Shown piece after piece: positions 37,336 through 49,495 of a stretch of DNA of 64,000 bases (positions are counted from its first letter, which is position 1; each line of letters opens with the position of its first letter). A program made the translations under genes and the position numbers. The notes beneath the pieces are model-generated. The model made no database searches. It saw only the letters and a list, made by a program, of their open reading frames with translations, and was not told the DNA's origin. This DNA comes from Moniliella sp. 'wahieum' (lineage: Eukaryota): contig RSEE01000009.1 of assembly GCA_003971905.1 (NCBI GenBank), positions 620,001 through 684,000 of the forward strand, in the 5' to 3' direction.

Positions 37336-38370
37336 TTCTCGATTTCTCCTCGGGTTCCTTATGCTCCCCCCTTGTCCTTGCTTCCTTTTTGTCGTGTATT
37401 TTCGTCCTCACGGCGTCCCAATGATGACGGGCATCTGCTTTGTTATGTTATACCCTCCTTTCCCACACTGGAAGAGACGGGATTCTGATGTAGACGGCAA
37501 GTGCTCCGTTTCGCCATCATTGTACTGTCGACACCGAATAGTGCGCGTTTTACCATGCGGAGAGAGCAGGACCGAGGGAGCCATTGATTCGTCGATTCAA
37601 CATACCAACGCATCTATATGCCTGCCGTGTGTCTCCGTGTGTACTCTCTGCACCTCGTTCTTCTTCATCCTATGCAGTGCCCACTCTCTTTTCCGCCCTA
37701 TTATGTTGACCGTTGAGGTCCGTTCCACAAATAAGTGCCATCGCTCCATCCAACAGTGTACACGAAGGCGGTGAACTCTAGCCTCATTCCCATCCACTTT
37801 CCCACGATAGTAGAGAGACGAACAGTCATGTGGGGAATGTAGATGGACTAGAGGCGAATGACGGTCGACTTAATCGTTGCATCGCGGATGGTCCATGTTA
37901 TTAGGAAACGTGAGATGGAGGAAAGGGAAGTAGTTGAATTAATTGCATAGTATGTCTATGGACAGACTGGAGGTATATATACACCTCATACACCTTACAA
38001 GGAAGGGTGCCCAGTCCAGAGCAGGTGGACACAGATCGCCGAACTGATAGGAATCACGCCATAGTACTCAGACGGACTTAGTGGGACAAAGGCCCTCTAT
38101 AGCACGGCGTTAGTCTGACAGTCTAGGGATTGATCCGGTAGGGGACTGTAACTGTTAGGCCTCTAGTAGTGCTCTACTATATGTGCAAGGGGGCACAAAA
38201 CAAAAGGTCAACAGTCATAGGACGAAAGGCTTAATTCTTTGGGTGCCATGCTTGTGTGCGCAGGACCAGGGTGGGACAGAGCTATCAAAAACGGACAAGA
38301 GAAAGGAAACAGGGGAGAAGAGGGGGTGAGACGACCCTACAAGTGCGGAGGCGGATGTCAAAACAGAATT

Positions 38371-40563
38371 TCAGGGTGACCACAAGCTCATGCGCGTTCG
38401 CCGAGGGCGTACTTGTCGCAGAGTCTGAATGGCCTCAAAGGTAGGCTGAGAAAGCGCGAAGCGCAGGATCGGAGACTTGCTCTTCCTGTCTTGTGCCAGG
38501 TTACAGCTTGGCCACATCGGTGGTCGAGGAACGACGTGTAGTGACCGTGGACGAAGAGGCAGAGACGTCACCCGTGCCCGTCTCCGTCGCCGCCACTGCT
38601 TCCGTCGCTGGTCCCGACACATTGTCCGACCAGATCGTGATAAATTTCTCAGCACAGCTCAGGCGGAGAAACTGGGGACTGCCAAATGGGCTTGGGTGGC
38701 AAATGCATCCCGCTCCGTGCGCACATGCCATGCAGTGCCAGGCAGCCTCTCAGCCCCGGCCACGCTTGGGTCAGCCACGTCTCAAAGACGTCACATTGCT
38801 CGCATGCGAAGTGAGTGCTTCGACGACCAGCCGCCCAACGCCGCTTGCACAGGGACAGACAGCGTTCCTTCGTGCACAGCCACCTTGATAGTCTCAGTTT
38901 GCGCAGAGACAGGTGCCGCCTCCTGTTTAGTCGACACTGTCGATGTCGTGGTGTCCGTGGTTGCAACGGAGGTCGAGGCGGCAAGTTGGGCTTGGCGCGT
39001 ATCTGCCTCCTCCACCTTGCGGTCCGTCTCCTTTTTCATGTGCTTGTACATTTCCATTCCACAACGCCGGCAAGCGCAGCGCCGCCCAAGCCAGCAGCGA
39101 CTTGAGCTTGTGGTGGTGGTGCTCGTCACCAGCATTGCACCATAGCCAGTGGAGACTGTACTGTAGCCCGTGGTGGCGCCATTTATCTGGGTGCGCCAGA
39201 GCGTGATAAACTTGTCGTCCAGCCGGAGCGTCAATAGGTCGCCCCCGTTCGTCGCGGGCAGGTAAAACGAATCCGTCGCGACATGGCCGCCAGCCGGCGC
39301 CAAACTGCGTGGTAATACGGTCGGTCAAAAGCGCCGTCAGATGAGACTCTTACCCGTCTGGGTTGCCTCATTGACCGCGGCCAGCAGCACAAGGTCAATG
39401 AGCGCGCCTTGCACTGGGCCCTGCAGCGAGAGGGAGATGGTGTTCAGAATCACGCGGGAACGCAAACGCTTCGAGGGACGACCCAAAGGCCATGGTCGAA
39501 CCCAGCGGCCAGGGCCGAGGGTGAACTGGGAAGATTGCATGGTGTTCTGACCCTCGTTCCAGACGGTAAAGCTGCGTGCCACCCGAGCGAAATACCATAG
39601 CCGACGGCACTTGATAAAAGCGCTCCGTCGTTTCTTGCACTTGCCATCCCGGACCGAGATGCTTGCACAGGTGGAAGACCAAGTGTTGGTTCAGCGCCTG
39701 GCCCGCGCCACGGGCAAAGAGAGTGCCAAGCGGAGCACATGCTCCACCCGCTCGCGCACTGCCTGGCCCACTTCACCTGATCGATAGCAACTTCCACCCC
39801 GCCGACCATAGCGTCGGCCGTCTGGTCAAGTGCATTCGCATTCTTCCATGCTGTGATCCAACGGGACCCACATCTGTTTTGGAACAAAGAAAATGTGAAG
39901 GTATCGTATTCGCGTTCCACGACGGTCCACGACGGACAATAAAGAAAAGGAGAGGAAAAAAAAAAACACACATACTCAAGTTCAACAGCGAGTTGGGACG
40001 GTCCGTGACCGTAAACGCAAAGGCTGGTCCGATAATGCACGACCACCGACCCCCCAGGCGGCTCTCCAGCCCGCGGACAATTTGCCGGGTCAAGGCTTGC
40101 TGGTCCCGTACGCCTCTGGCCGTTCGAGGCTGGTGCGGAGCACGGCCAAGGCCTGTTCGCGCGTCTCGCCACTGATGCTTGTCGGCGCACTAATGCCCAG
40201 CGGTGCCGAGAAGGGAGTGGGTTGGGCGAGACCGAGCGGGGCGTGGGCGGCAGCAGGAGAGAAGCTTGGTACGCATCTTGCACCTGGCCGCCGGCGAGCC
40301 AGGCGTTGGGCGGGTAGGCGCCCAGGGGAGGCGGGGCCGGCGAGAAGCGGTGAGGGCAGACCAAGGCCGAGGCCCAAGCCGAGCCGGCGACGCTGGGTGG
40401 CCGTGTCGAGAGGGCTGATGGGCAGGGAGGCGAGCGATAGAGCGGGGCGCCCAGGGGCAGGAAGGTAGAGGCTATTGGCGGCGTAGCCCGAGGTGGCCGA
40501 CAGCGCTGGGTTGGTGGCGCTGACGACGTCGGAGAAGACAGGGTAGGGGGTCGCGGTGGGCAT
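38371..40563 (-). CDS. Protein with four tandem dynein light chain LC8-like domains, intron 39874-39975
   Basis: Repeat 1 IVRGLESRLGGRWSCIIGPAFAFTVT aligns by eye to LC8 [26 protein letters not shown]; repeats end RWITAW, RSFTVW, KFITLW, KFITIW; frameshifts must be bridged. Confidence 0.6.
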
Positions 40564-40791
40564 GCTGGGAGGGGGTGAGGGGGTGAGGGGAGAGGGAAAG
40601 GGGGAGGGGGCAGGAGGGGATCTTTATTAATGGACGGATGGCCTGTGCTCAGGTGGCTGCTATGCGAAATTAAGCTAAGGGGGGGTCTATTAGCCGGCGG
40701 AGGGAGGCAGCGCAGGCGGCACAGGGGCAGTGTGGGGCGGCGGCGGGGGTGTGTGGGAGATGCAATTTCCGACGCTTCTATTTCACTGTAC

Positions 40792-41112
40792 TTAGTACTT
40801 GGGTGGGGCCCAGGCGGCGGGATAGGAGGAGGAGGGCGCGTAGGCGAGTAGCTGTTGGGAGAGAAAGCCGTACGAGTAGAAGGGCTGTTGCTGCTGCTGC
40901 TGCTGTTGCGGCTGCTGTTGCGGCCGCTGCGGCTGTTGCTGCTGTTGCTGCTGCTGTTGCGGCGGCTGTTTGCGCCGGCGACGTCTGCGTCTGCCCTGCG
41001 GTTGCGACGTCGCTCCAGATGGGCATAGTCCAGCGGCCCAGCCCCGCGCCATAGTACTTGCCATAGTCGGCTCCACCGTTTGCTGCTGCTGGTGGTACGG
41101 TGTTGCGGTTGG

Positions 41113-41144
<32 letters not shown>

Positions 41145-43379
41145 ATGCTGCTGGGCCTGTTACCAGTGCCTCGTAGCTGTACCCGCCGTACCCGGCCCAG
41201 TCTGCTGCCCCGCTTGTCGCAGCACTCGATGCGCCCGCGTACGGTGACGCTGGCGCCGCCTTGGACGCCGCCGCTCCGGGCGCCTGCGCCTGGGCTTGGG
41301 CTTGGGCTGGGCCTGGCCTGAGCTTGGGCTTGGGCTTGGGCTTGGGCAGTCTGGCCATAGAGAGGGTACTGTCCGTACGCCTGCGGCTGGCCATAGTGTT
41401 GGAACTGGTGGCCGGGCATGTAGTACGGCGAGTAGTAGTACGGCATCATCCCAGCATACGGCTGGCCGGTCGGCGCCTGCGGCCCGCACTCGCTGGGCCT
41501 GTCTGGCTGGCACCTGCGCCCCTGCTGCTTCCGCAGCTGTGGCCGGCGACTGTGCCGGGGCCGAAGCCTGGGCCGGAGCCAAAGGCGGGCCTGCTTGGGC
41601 CGCCTGGTTCTCGTCGGGCCGCGCCCGGCTTGCCTCATACGAGCCGTACAAGTTGGCCAGCTGGGCATCCGGGTAGGCTGCGTACCCGGGCGCCGAAGTG
41701 CCAGGTCCAGAAACCGCAGGCGGCTGCGCAAAGCCAGCTGGAGCAGGTGCGGCAAGCCCATACGGCCCCGAGGGAGTGGGCATGGCCGTTGCTCCCGTCC
41801 CTGTCGTCGAGGCAGTAGAGTAGTTGGGGCTAAAGCTAGAGTACGCGCCTCGTAGCCTGGTGCTGGGGCCAGCGACGCCGTCGGCGCCGCAGCTGAAGCT
41901 GGGGGCTGTGAAGGGGCTGGAGCCGGAGCGGGGGCCGGGGCGGCAGGAGGGAATCGATCGGGGAGCTTCAAAGGCAAGCTTGCCGGATCCACGTTGAGCG
42001 AACCAAATTGTACCCCCAAGCTCTCCAACGACGCAGTGCCACCCGGCATAACGAGAGGAGGGCTTGCTTGGGCCGTTGCGCTACACGCGGCGAAGGTTTC
42101 GTCTGCGCCACCATCCCTTGCAGCGACGCTGCGGGCACAGCTGGCATGGGCGTGGGCTCCACGGCCACCACGGGAGGAGCGGGGGTAACAGTCTCGGATT
42201 CTGGTTCGGGCTGTGGCTCGGGCTGGGTTAAGTGGGGTTGTTCTTCGGGCTTAGATTCAACTTGGGGTGGAAGGTCGGGTAGAGAAGAAGGGTCTTGAGG
42301 ATGGGAGAGGGGTTGGGAGGGGGGTTGAGATTGGGACAGAGGCGCAGCGGCGACGTACTCGGTTCTTGGGCCGAAACAGGAGTAGGTCCAGGTCCAGCAC
42401 AGGCTTCGCTACTGGCTTCTCGACACGAGCGGCGGCCACTGAGCCCACTCCTGCCCAGCTTGGACGGCGCCGGGCGGGGGATGGGTCGGGTTGGGACGGT
42501 GTTTCAGACGGGACGCAGTGGGACCGGCGTCGGTTAGCTTAGGCCGCCCGTGGCCGGGCTCTCGGTACCGGCCACCGCAGCTGCGGTGGGGGCGTGAGGA
42601 GGACTTGACTCTGTTACCGGTGGTGGTGGCGAAGCATCTGTGGTGTTGGTTGAGACGGGGCAGGGGGTGCGGCAGAAGTGGGCAGAGAGGTTCTTTGCGG
42701 GATGGGCAGCAGCCACTTGCTTTGCACGCGAATTCTTGATCCTGTCCGCCCAGCTGGGCGCAGAAGGTGCCGGTGCAGGCGCGGGTTGCGCGGTAGAGGG
42801 TGGAGCATGTGGTCGCGGTAGCGACAGCGGGCCTGGCAGATGTGTGGGCGGACTTGCCCTGGGCGCCTGAACCGGCACTGGACGCAGCTGGGGGCGGCGG
42901 TGCGCGACGAGCGGGCGGCTGCGCGGGCGCCGCCAGTGGCTGCAGTCCCACGAGAGGTGTGGTGGGACGGCGCCGAGGCGGAGGTCGAGGTCGCCTCTCT
43001 CCGCGGCTCTTTCCTGTGCGACTTGACCGAAGCAAACTGGGTGGCAAAACCATCGCCAATCAGGCCGACAGCCTGCTCGACATGGCCGCCAGCATCGCCG
43101 AGCACAAGCAGCAGGTCTTCATCCGTCCAGTCGGGGAAGACGGCGCGCAACTGGGCGGAATTCAGCAGGTAGCGTGCGCGGATTGCACGCGCGGCCGCGC
43201 TCTCGTCGGCGGCGGGGGGCGGGCGGATGGGCCGGCGGAGCCTCCGCCGCGGGTGCCGCGGGTGCGGCGGGCACGACCGCCGGGGTGCGTGTGTCGGCGG
43301 GGGATGATGGAGGCGGGGTGGCCGGTGTGGGTGTGGCGGAGGAGGCGGGTGTGGGTGTGGGCGCAGGTGGAGCAGACAT
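40792..43379 (-). CDS. DEF1: Def1/UBAP2L-like CUE-domain, Gln/Tyr-rich protein (RNAPII degradation factor)
   Basis: CUE-like QLRAVFPDWTDEDLLLVL..VEQAVGLIGDG..QFASVK, MPG..GVQFGSL motif, MPYYY and polyQ prion-like C-terminus. Confidence 0.8.
41114..41151 (-). repeat. (CAG)n microsatellite, polyglutamine tract of the Def1-like gene
   Basis: About 12 CTG triplets on the + strand with one interruption; more CTG/TTG runs at 40884-40960. Confidence 0.9.
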
Positions 43380-44443
43380 GGCGAGGGGCAAGCAAGTCGA
43401 CGATGGAGGAGAGGAGCAAGAGGGGGCGACGAACCCGACGCGCCCATTCGCCGCCGTGCCGACGCGGCGTCGCGTCGGCAGGTGCAGGGTGACTGCCCCC
43501 CTGCCGTAACCCTAACGGCCCTTTCACGTCGCTTCGTTCTCCGTTCGGCCCGCACCGCTCCAGTGTGGCCAGACAGAGCCGGGGGATGCAAGTGGCCTCC
43601 GCGCCATCTTGATAGCTCACCGCCGCCCCCTCCGCCTTTCGCACCGTCCGGGGCGTTGCGGCCACGCTGCAGACCGTAGCCCAAGCACTGCGCAGGATGG
43701 CGCCATCCTGGATTCGAGCTTGACATGGCAGTCTATCGATCGTGACCACGCGCGCCGCGCCAGGCCAGGCCCTCCGCTGACAAGTACGGCAGATGGCAAC
43801 CTGTCGTCCAATGGCTAACCCTCAAGAGGGCGCCAGGCTAACCAGGCCTCAGGGACGACAAACCGGACAGGATCCGAGAGCATGTTGGTGTTCGTTCACA
43901 CATTTCACGAGGAGAGTTGGGGTGTTCCACTGGTACCGAGGGTTGCTGGAACGAAAGCTGCCAGCAGGACTCAATCAAACCTGTGGTTATCTACGTCTGC
44001 CACCTTCCTCCTTCCGCACTCGTCCGCTTCCGCAGGCAAAGGCAGCAAACCCCATTCTCCCGGCCCAACGTCCAACGGTGTTGTGACCTTCTGCGGGGAT
44101 CTATCGGAATCGAGGTTTGGGGGGGTCAGGAGAGGCCGTCGGTAGGATGCAACCCGGGCAATTCGGCTCCCGGCACCCACGCCACCGCCACCGCCACCGC
44201 CATCCCCGTCCTCCGACCTGCTGTCACCATGCTGCCCATGCCCAAACGAAGAGGATGTACCGTTCTCTATCGTTAGAGGGACCGGAATCGTGGGGGGCAT
44301 CGGCGGATCACCCGCCGACATACCCACCACCCGCGTCTGGGCCGCGTCTGCGTGGACGCCTTCGCCAGCCCCTACGTCAAGCGGTAGCTGTATTTATAGT
44401 TGGGGGAGGGAAGGCGGGCAAGCCCGGACATACACATTGACAA

Positions 44444-46732
44444 TCATTGGAAGTGAGCCGCTGAGGAGGGTATATGCAAACGGGGTATAGGAGGGGGGAA
44501 ATAGGATAGTCCACGAGCGGGTCGGCAGAGGTACTTATAGAGTCCCCATCTCTCCCTTGGTCGGTCTCCCCACCGATGAAAGCGAGAGGGAACCAGATGC
44601 CGACGAACGGTCCACCGCCTCCCAGAACTCCTCCTCCTCCTCATCCTCCCATTCCGAATCGGACGCGGGATCTGCATTGTGGGTTGCAGGCCCACTGTCG
44701 TCCCATGGCAGGGTGAAGTGGATAGGGTGGCCTGAGGAGGACAGGGTGTGCGTGTGTGCCGCCCGTGCTCGCACCGGGCCCTGAGAGATGGGCGGCAAAG
44801 ACGTAGGCCGGACCTGGTGGGGGAGATATCAGACGTAAGTGAGGGAGAACGGGGGAGGTGGGTGAGGAGGAGGACAAGGGCAGAGACAGTGACGGAGACA
44901 GAGAGGTAGAGTCCGGCGGAGATGGAGAAAGTAAGGCGAGGGGGAGAGGTGGAAATGGAAAAGTGAGTTGGTCAGATAGAAAGGTGAGCTTCTTAATCTG
45001 GGGCTCAACAAGCGGCCCAAGATCCGGGGCAAAGCAGAGGAGAGAGCGAAGGAATGTGACGCGGCTTCGTTCGTAAGTAAATGTAGTGAGGAGCTCAGTC
45101 AACCCGGCGTGGCGCAGTAGCGCATACACTTCTTCTCGTCCGGGGGGAGAACCTGCACCTGTGCCTGCCCTTCGGTCTGTGATTCACGCCGGCCAGTCAA
45201 GGTGGCTGCACATGCATCAAACCTTTCTTCGCCGGGAGCGCCGATGCTGCTCCTGAGGCTGCGGCGGGTGGCCGCCTCCTCCCAACCCATCCAATGAGCC
45301 CAGAGTACGATCCGCTGGCGGTCGAGCGTGCACGCCAGCAAGATGTCCATAACCCGATTCAAGTTGCCTTCCACGTCGTGGGGGCGAAAGGGGTTGGAAG
45401 GGGGCAGCGCTTCCACGGGTGGCGCAATGCGGTACCCTGCGCCACCCGAACCACTCGGACCGGGCGGGGAGACGGAGGTCTTGTGGAGCAAGCGTACCCA
45501 ACGTCGATGGCGGACAAAGCTCAAGGGTCCGGGAACGGGAGACCATGGATTCTTGTTCCAAGCTGAGGAGAGCGATCGCAGGACTGCCTCCCATCCCCGG
45601 TCCGCCCTCTGTGCGCGGCGATCGGTGCGGCGCTGGGCACGGAGTTCCAGCTTGAGCAAGTGCGCTTCCACTCTCTCTCTCGGGGCGGAGATGGCGGGCA
45701 AGGAGAGAGCGAAGAAAGCCTGCATGACGACCGGTTGCCTGCTCAGCACGTGGCAGAGAACTAGCGAGGCGACGAAGGATACGGGTGTAGGCAGAGCCGA
45801 AATCGAGGGCGTACTGCCACCCGGCATCGTCCGTGTCCAATCCCATGTCCACCGCCCAGCAGGGCCATGCCCATTCCCACTCCGACTCTTGTCCCATCGG
45901 CGGTGCCGAGCTGGTGGCAGTGTAGGCGACCTTGCGCCCCTCCGCATTCGTCCAGGGCCCGGGATCAGTGAAGTTCAAGGCATGGGAGCTAAAGTGACCA
46001 ACACCTCGGAAAACCACCCCTCGCTGGTTCTCCCATAGCACTTCGGTCCGCGTCGACGCTGCCGACGGTTCGGATGGTGGTGGGAGCAATAACTCGCTGG
46101 TTGATTCACTCGCACGTTCGCTCTCATTCTCAGGATGCAAACGAGGGGTCGAGTCGATGGAGGGAGCAACCGAGTGGGAGTTGCGATTGTTGGAAAGGGG
46201 CAGGGCGGCGCCGAAGGAGAGGCGCAGAATGGATGCACCTAAGGAAGAGATGCGCCGGAGGGATGAGGGGCAGGGGGCGCAGAGGTAGGCGCAGAGGTTG
46301 CCGCAGAGACGCAGGCGAGGGAGGGCAAGACGTGTGGTGACGGAAGCGTATGGGAGGCCGAGTATGGGGTCGGGGAGAAGCGGGCGAAGGCTTTGGTGTT
46401 GGTGGGTGGGGCCGTGAGGCGCTGGCGGCGGCGGCGCGCGAGGGAGCGGAAGTGGGAATCGAGGTGTTGGCGATAAGGTGAGTGGGGGGTGCCGGATCGG
46501 GCCCAAGTAGCGGCGTGGCGCTGAGCACGGGTACGGCCATGGAGCAGCTCGTGCCGGCTGGGGGGATGGGCGTCATGGGTGGGCAGCAGGACGGGGATGG
46601 GGGAGCGGCAATGCGGTGGCGGTGGCGGTGGCGATGGAGATGGCGACGGCGCTCAAGCTGTTGCAGACGGGCGCCGGCAGAATGGCAGTCAAAGGTGCCG
46701 CCGCGCAGGGGAAGCGGTGGCGGTCTGTCCAT
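44444..46732 (-). CDS. Dysferlin (DysF)-domain protein, Pex24/Spo73/Mug65-like
   Basis: VLWENQRG, DPGPWT, WEWAWPCWAVDM..DTDDAGWQY, SFVRHRRWVRL; ends approximate. Confidence 0.8.
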
Positions 46733-47458
46733 CGCACCGGCACGGAGAGGTGTTGGTGGGTCAGACTAGGAGCTGATGCGTATGACGGCAGTGATGACGC
46801 GATGACTACTGGTTAATGCGTCGGCCATCGGGCTCCAAAAGGGTCACGTGTGCATCCGCACCCCCCTGTTTCTCTTCACATCTCCGTCTCACTTCTTTCG
46901 CCCGGCACCTTTTGTCCTTCGCCCCCTCGGTTCGCTCCTTGGCAGATAACAGGCTCCACGCAACGACTTGCATTTTCTCTAGCTTGGAACTAGCTGATGC
47001 ACTGAGCAAAAGTTATAACTGTGCCCAGAGGGCGGGCTGCTGTTGTCTGGGGAGTTCTGCCTTTATCTCGTTTCTCTTTCTGTCACACAGAATCCATGAA
47101 GATAAAGCGTGAGCCCCGTGGCATGACTAGCTGAAGGTGCTTAAGCTCAGTGGCGAGGCCGCCCTCATGGGGAAAGATTAAGTAAAGCAGTATTATTTCT
47201 ACGGATGTTACACACACACTTCTAATATACTAGGACCAACAACCCCGCCTGGCAATGCTGAACGTTATACACATTTCATCTCATCAGAACAGGAGGGAGG
47301 TGGGGAACCAGTCGAAGCCCAACGCGTCTTCCAAAACAAAAAGAGGGGCATCACAACGGTGCCGACGGTGGATGAGCGTAATGGGAACCAAGAAGGAGGG
47401 GGTAACACACCTGACGGACGTGCGTAAGCCGCGACATCATCATCGTTTGTTTTTGTTA

Positions 47459-49400
47459 TTAGGCCGAGTCGGTCGCATAAAGGTTGCCATCCATCTTTTT
47501 GTCCTTGTGAAGTTCTGGTGCCTCGCCAACCAATGCGGCTGGCGTAGCCGACCACTTGCCTTCGTCGGACTTCATGTCGTCCACCGACAACTGGGCCGCG
47601 GCCGCGGCCGGTGGCGTCCAATTCACACTTCCAAGGCTTGCAATTCGGGTCGTTGTACATGACCCCAATTTCTTCAAGCGTGAGGCCCTTGGTTTCATAC
47701 AGTGTCAAGGCCGTGAACACTGCAGCGAACAATTCACTCCTCCGAACACGAATCCGTAACTGAACCCAATCTTGGCAGTGATAGGTGTCGTAAAGAAGGC
47801 GAGCAAAAAGTTCCAGATCCAATTGGTGCAGGACGCCAGAGCTGCCTGCTTGGCTCGCGTTCGAGTGGCACCCGTCTCACACACAGACAAGCCACACCCC
47901 TGGGGCCCAGGTCGCTGCGTACCCCAGTAAACCAAAGCAAGCAGATACCACCATCAGGGTACCCATTGCCTTGGAAATCTTAGGTTCTTCCGACGTGCCC
48001 GTATTGCCAACAGTACCCGCAATGGCATAGACAAACATCCAGATGGACATCCACAGACTTCCGACAATCAAAGGGCGTCGACGACCAACAAACTCGAGGA
48101 TGTATAGGCCAGGCAGCTCACAAGCAACACTGACGGCCCCAAAGATGATTTGGGTCACGAGTGAGTCTTGCAGACCAAGGGGCTTCATTACCTGAGCACC
48201 GAAGTAGCTGCGAAGAAATAGTCACAGGGTCAGTTTACCATTCTTGTATTTAGTCGGCGGGGTGCCAAGAGGGAGTAAATACGAACTAAACTGTTGCAGA
48301 AGTGAAGCAAAGCGCATGGCCGAAGGTCAGAAAGGAACGAAAAGCAGAAAATTCGCGGAGGAAGCGATGCGTACGATAGTTGGCACCCGTCAGCTGCTGC
48401 AGCACTTGGAGCATGCAACACATAGGGTCCGGTAAAGAACTCGATTACGAGGACGGAAGCAGTCAATCCATCCTGCTTTGTTTCCGCTCCTCTTCTGCTT
48501 TGAGCAGGATCTCCTCAACTTCCACCTCTACCAACATATTGGGTTCATTCGGGTTGACCCCACGGTACGAGCAATTGTTTTGCGCACTTCATCCCGACGA
48601 CCGTGAAGCGCATCAAATCGGGGCGACTCGGGGCAAAACGATACACCAATACAAAGTGTCAGACCGAAAACCAATGCAAGGCACACTGGGATGCGCCACG
48701 CTGCGGATCGCTGCGTGGTTCCTAGGCGTCCATGGACATTGCGAGCGGCGATGTCAAAGATGTATCCAAGCAAGATGCCCAAGAAGATGAAGAATTGGTA
48801 CGCGGCCACACTCATCCCATCGAATGTCTTTGGGAACCAACTCGGCAATGTAGGGAGGCACCACCGCCGATAGAGATCCCACGCCCAGACCGGCCACGAG
48901 CCGGCCCATGGTGAACTGAACCCATGACCACTCGCTGGTGGCTTGGACGATGATCCCAACAAAGAAAAAGACCGTTTCGACTTGAATGGCTTTCCGGCGT
49001 CCGATCCAGTCGGCCAAGTAGGGAGAAAGTAGGGCTCCAATCAGACACCCAATCGAGAGCATTCCCACGAATACACCTTCAATCCATGGCTTCCAAGATG
49101 GCACCCACATCTGACCACCCGCTCCGTCATTTTGCAACGTGGCATGCTTGTGGTCGGTGGCAAAGCGCAAAAGAGCGTCATTGTCAATCAGAAGCTGGAT
49201 GAGTAGCCCTGGCAAGTTGGGGTCAGTGAATGTACTCTTTACCAGAAGAAAGGGAACAAGACCAGGCTGGCAGGATGGCCAGGAGGGAAGTGAAAAGGAC
49301 GCACCATGTCGTATCCGAATAGGGCCCCAGCAATGGTCGACATGCAGACCGTGTAGATGCTGATCCACCCGATGGGATGGCCACGCACTTTGAACCCCAT
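47459..49400 (-). CDS. MFS sugar porter (hexose transporter); introns about 49209-49304 and 48208-48374
   Basis: LFGYD, LADWIGRR, GRLVAGLGVG, YIAELVPK, WRIP, PESPR, QQLTGANY, VGRRRPL, YETKGLTLEEI. Confidence 0.93.
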
Positions 49401-49487
49401 GTTGGTTGTATAGCAGTAACAAGTGTGGGGTGGAGGGGGGAGGGTTGTCGGACGATGTGGAAGGGGGGCAGAGCACATTTAAACCAA

Positions 49488-49495
49488 AATATATA
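49488..49495 (-). promoter_or_regulatory. Candidate TATA box of the sugar transporter
   Basis: TATATATT on the minus strand about 90 bp upstream of the ATG. Confidence 0.4.

Noticed and set aside
1475..43379. Apparent cluster of transcription/chromatin genes (HDAC, bHLH, RPB8, Ebp1-like, Myb, Rap1-like, Def1)
   Set aside because: Interspersed with unrelated housekeeping genes; no shared regulatory motif seen; such genes are common enough for chance co-location
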